Shown in pieces: positions 61,901 to 64,000 of a DNA stretch of 64,000 nt; positions within the stretch are counted from its first letter, which is position 1; the number at the start of each line of letters is the position of its first letter. Position numbers and translations under genes: made by a program. Below the pieces are notes generated by a model. The model saw only the letters and a list, made by a program, of their open reading frames with translations. It was not told where the DNA came from and made no database searches. Source of the DNA: Azolla caroliniana (lineage: Eukaryota > Plantae > Polypodiophyta); assembly GCA_043228905.1 (NCBI GenBank), contig JBHGNT010000004.1, forward strand, positions 4,898,001 to 4,962,000, in the 5' to 3' direction.

Positions 61901-64000
61901 GGGTTGCGGGCTTGGTTGTGGAGAGGGCCTCAATGTCCTTGGTGTTTTCTGTCGTATGGTGACATCCTCAATGACAGGCTCCTCGGCCTCATCCCATTCG
62001 ACACTGGTCACTGGTAACGCCCGTTGCTTGTGTGTTTTTGATGGGGGTGGTGCCGAGGTGAGAGTAGGATTCCGAGTGGCCGAGGGAGGTGGAGAGGGTG
62101 AGGAGTCTTCCCATTCTTCCTAGGTTAACGCCAAAATCTTCTCCCGTTGTTTCCGTGGTGGTGGTGGAGAGGTAAGAATGCGACGAGGGGAAAACGAAGG
62201 TGGGTAGAGGACTGTGAGGTAATGATTCATCACAGGTAGCAATTGCTTACCGGATTGAAAAGACTCCAGTGCTGCACGGACTCCTTCGCCGGTGATGATT
62301 CCCCAATCGACTTTGTCGCCTTCGTACTCTCTGATGATGATGGCAGCCTTATTCTATGGCATACTCGTGGGATTTGTATGCACAAAGGAGTATTCTATCA
62401 AAATTCGAGCGATCTCCCCAAAAGATTTATTTGGTCCTCCGTAAGTGTGGTAAGTTTTTCTCGACATCGAATACATCCCAAAGTATTCCTTGAGGGTCGT
62501 GTGAGCAGGAATATCGACTTCATGTTCTTCGCCTCACGTAAGGTCTAGAGCAGCACAAATCATGTTGTTGATTACTGTGTCAAGGTGGATTCTGCGTGCT
62601 ATTGCTTGGGCGTCAAGGTGCGCTGGGGCGTCCATGACCCGTAAGTAGCTGCCCAATCCGCGTTGTTGTAGCCAAGAACGGGTTTCCTGTGATGCTGAGA
62701 GAAGCATGGTGGACTCGATGTTTTGCTGACAAGGAGAGTGGGGGGAAGCGATGAGACGAGGGCGAGATAGAGAGATTGAAGAAGGTCATTGGGGAGGACA
62801 CCGTTGTTCTGTGAAGGGGCTACGAGGGCAAGAGAAGGCATGTTTGTAGGAGCGATGAGAACAAGAGAGAGCTTGGGAGCTTGAAGGCTGTGAAGGCAAG
62901 AAAGCTTCTGTGTGAGTGGGCACGTTGTGTGTGGGGTAGTTTCTTTTATGTGACCGCCTAGGGTTTTGTACAGGGAGAAGATCCTTTAGATTCTTAGTTG
63001 TGGCTGCCATAATAAGGTATTATGGCCACGTGTCACAGGAGTGCTATTCCTTGTGAGGTGTGCATGTTCCTTAAATATTCTACTTTAATGTGAAGGTGAC
63101 TAGTTTGTGCGCCTAAGAAAATGTTGTGATTTGGGGTGATTTGTTAGGTAGTTTAGGTAAGGCTAATTTAAATGCTAAAACTATTCCTAATATATAATTT
63201 TGGTGGGTAGGTCATTATTTTACCGATGGGGGCACATAGCCTCCTTCGTGGCGTCGTCCGTGAACTGGTCCATGCCATGAGACTCGGCGAAGGGATTATT
63301 TGGGGTATTTCCTTGGTAAGGTCGAAGTCGGAATCCATTTATCCAGCTTTGACGATGTCTCTGGCAAGTGTGTCGAGCTGGAATGTGCCGTTAAACTCGT
63401 CAATTATCCAGAAGGGGCTTCTCCATCGGAATCGTAATTTCCCCAGCATAGCACCGAGTCGTGTTTGGAAGACTAGTATCAGTTTGCCGATGGTCAGTGT
63501 TTTCTCCGTACCTTTCCGGTGACGATCGACGAAGGCTTTGCGTTGTTGTTGGCGTTGTTCCAGTTGAGCCATGCTGGCCACTCGATGTTCGCCGAGTTCG
63601 AGGAGTTGTTCGAGCCGATATTGCTCTGATTGGGCCTCGGGTAGCCTTTCCTTAACCTGAACTTGGAGACTCCGAACTTGGAACTCGATCGGCATGACTG
63701 CTTCCAAACCAAAGGTCATCCGAAAGGGTGTAGATTGAATGCTAGTTTTAAATGTGGTGTGATATGCCCATAATGCACTCTGGAGCTTGTCATCCCAATC
63801 AGTGTGGTTCTCATTCACGATCTTTTTCAGGATTGTTTGCAAAATTTTATTAGTAGATTCCACCAATCTGTTTGCCTGAGGATAGTACGGTGTACTTTTC
63901 TTATGTAGTGAGCTCCTGAATTATGTGGTTTATAAAATGCCTGCCTTGGTCACTAATGAGCTCGATTGGGCATCCATATCGGCATCATAGATGTTCGTAA
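58956..64000 (-). mobile_element. 3' part of another gypsy element: integrase (63339-64000), long decayed extra ORF (~59590-63010), probable LTR ~58956-59530
   Basis: Integrase SDQG...YYPQANRLVESTNK...WDDKLQSALWAY; candidate LTR ends TGTTGTTACCC / GGGATAACAAC; no clear PPT, so LTR limits are approximate. Confidence 0.7.

Overview
A eukaryotic (land-plant, probably non-seed plant such as a fern; inference) heterochromatic window made almost entirely of nested transposable elements, with no recognisable host gene. Main contents: (i) two large related DNA transposons (3861-16543 and 39541-56448) with GGG...CCC terminal inverted repeats and 4-bp target duplications. Each has a spliced Sola-type DDD transposase on the minus strand and a convergent multi-exon accessory gene with a RING-H2 finger. 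The first sits inside a decayed, different Sola-like transposase. (ii) Four related Tnt1-like Ty1/copia elements with exact 5-bp TSDs (two intact, one decayed, one internally deleted) plus older copia remnants. (iii) Ty3/gypsy remnants: chromovirus-type, a tRNA-Trp-primed 4-bp-TSD family, and one with a long extra ORF after pol. (iv) A non-autonomous hAT element, a LINE RT fragment and many tandem repeats. Most notable: six gypsy-type LTRs from at least two families all carry a tRNA-like Pol III A-box/B-box module in U3, antisense to the LTR.
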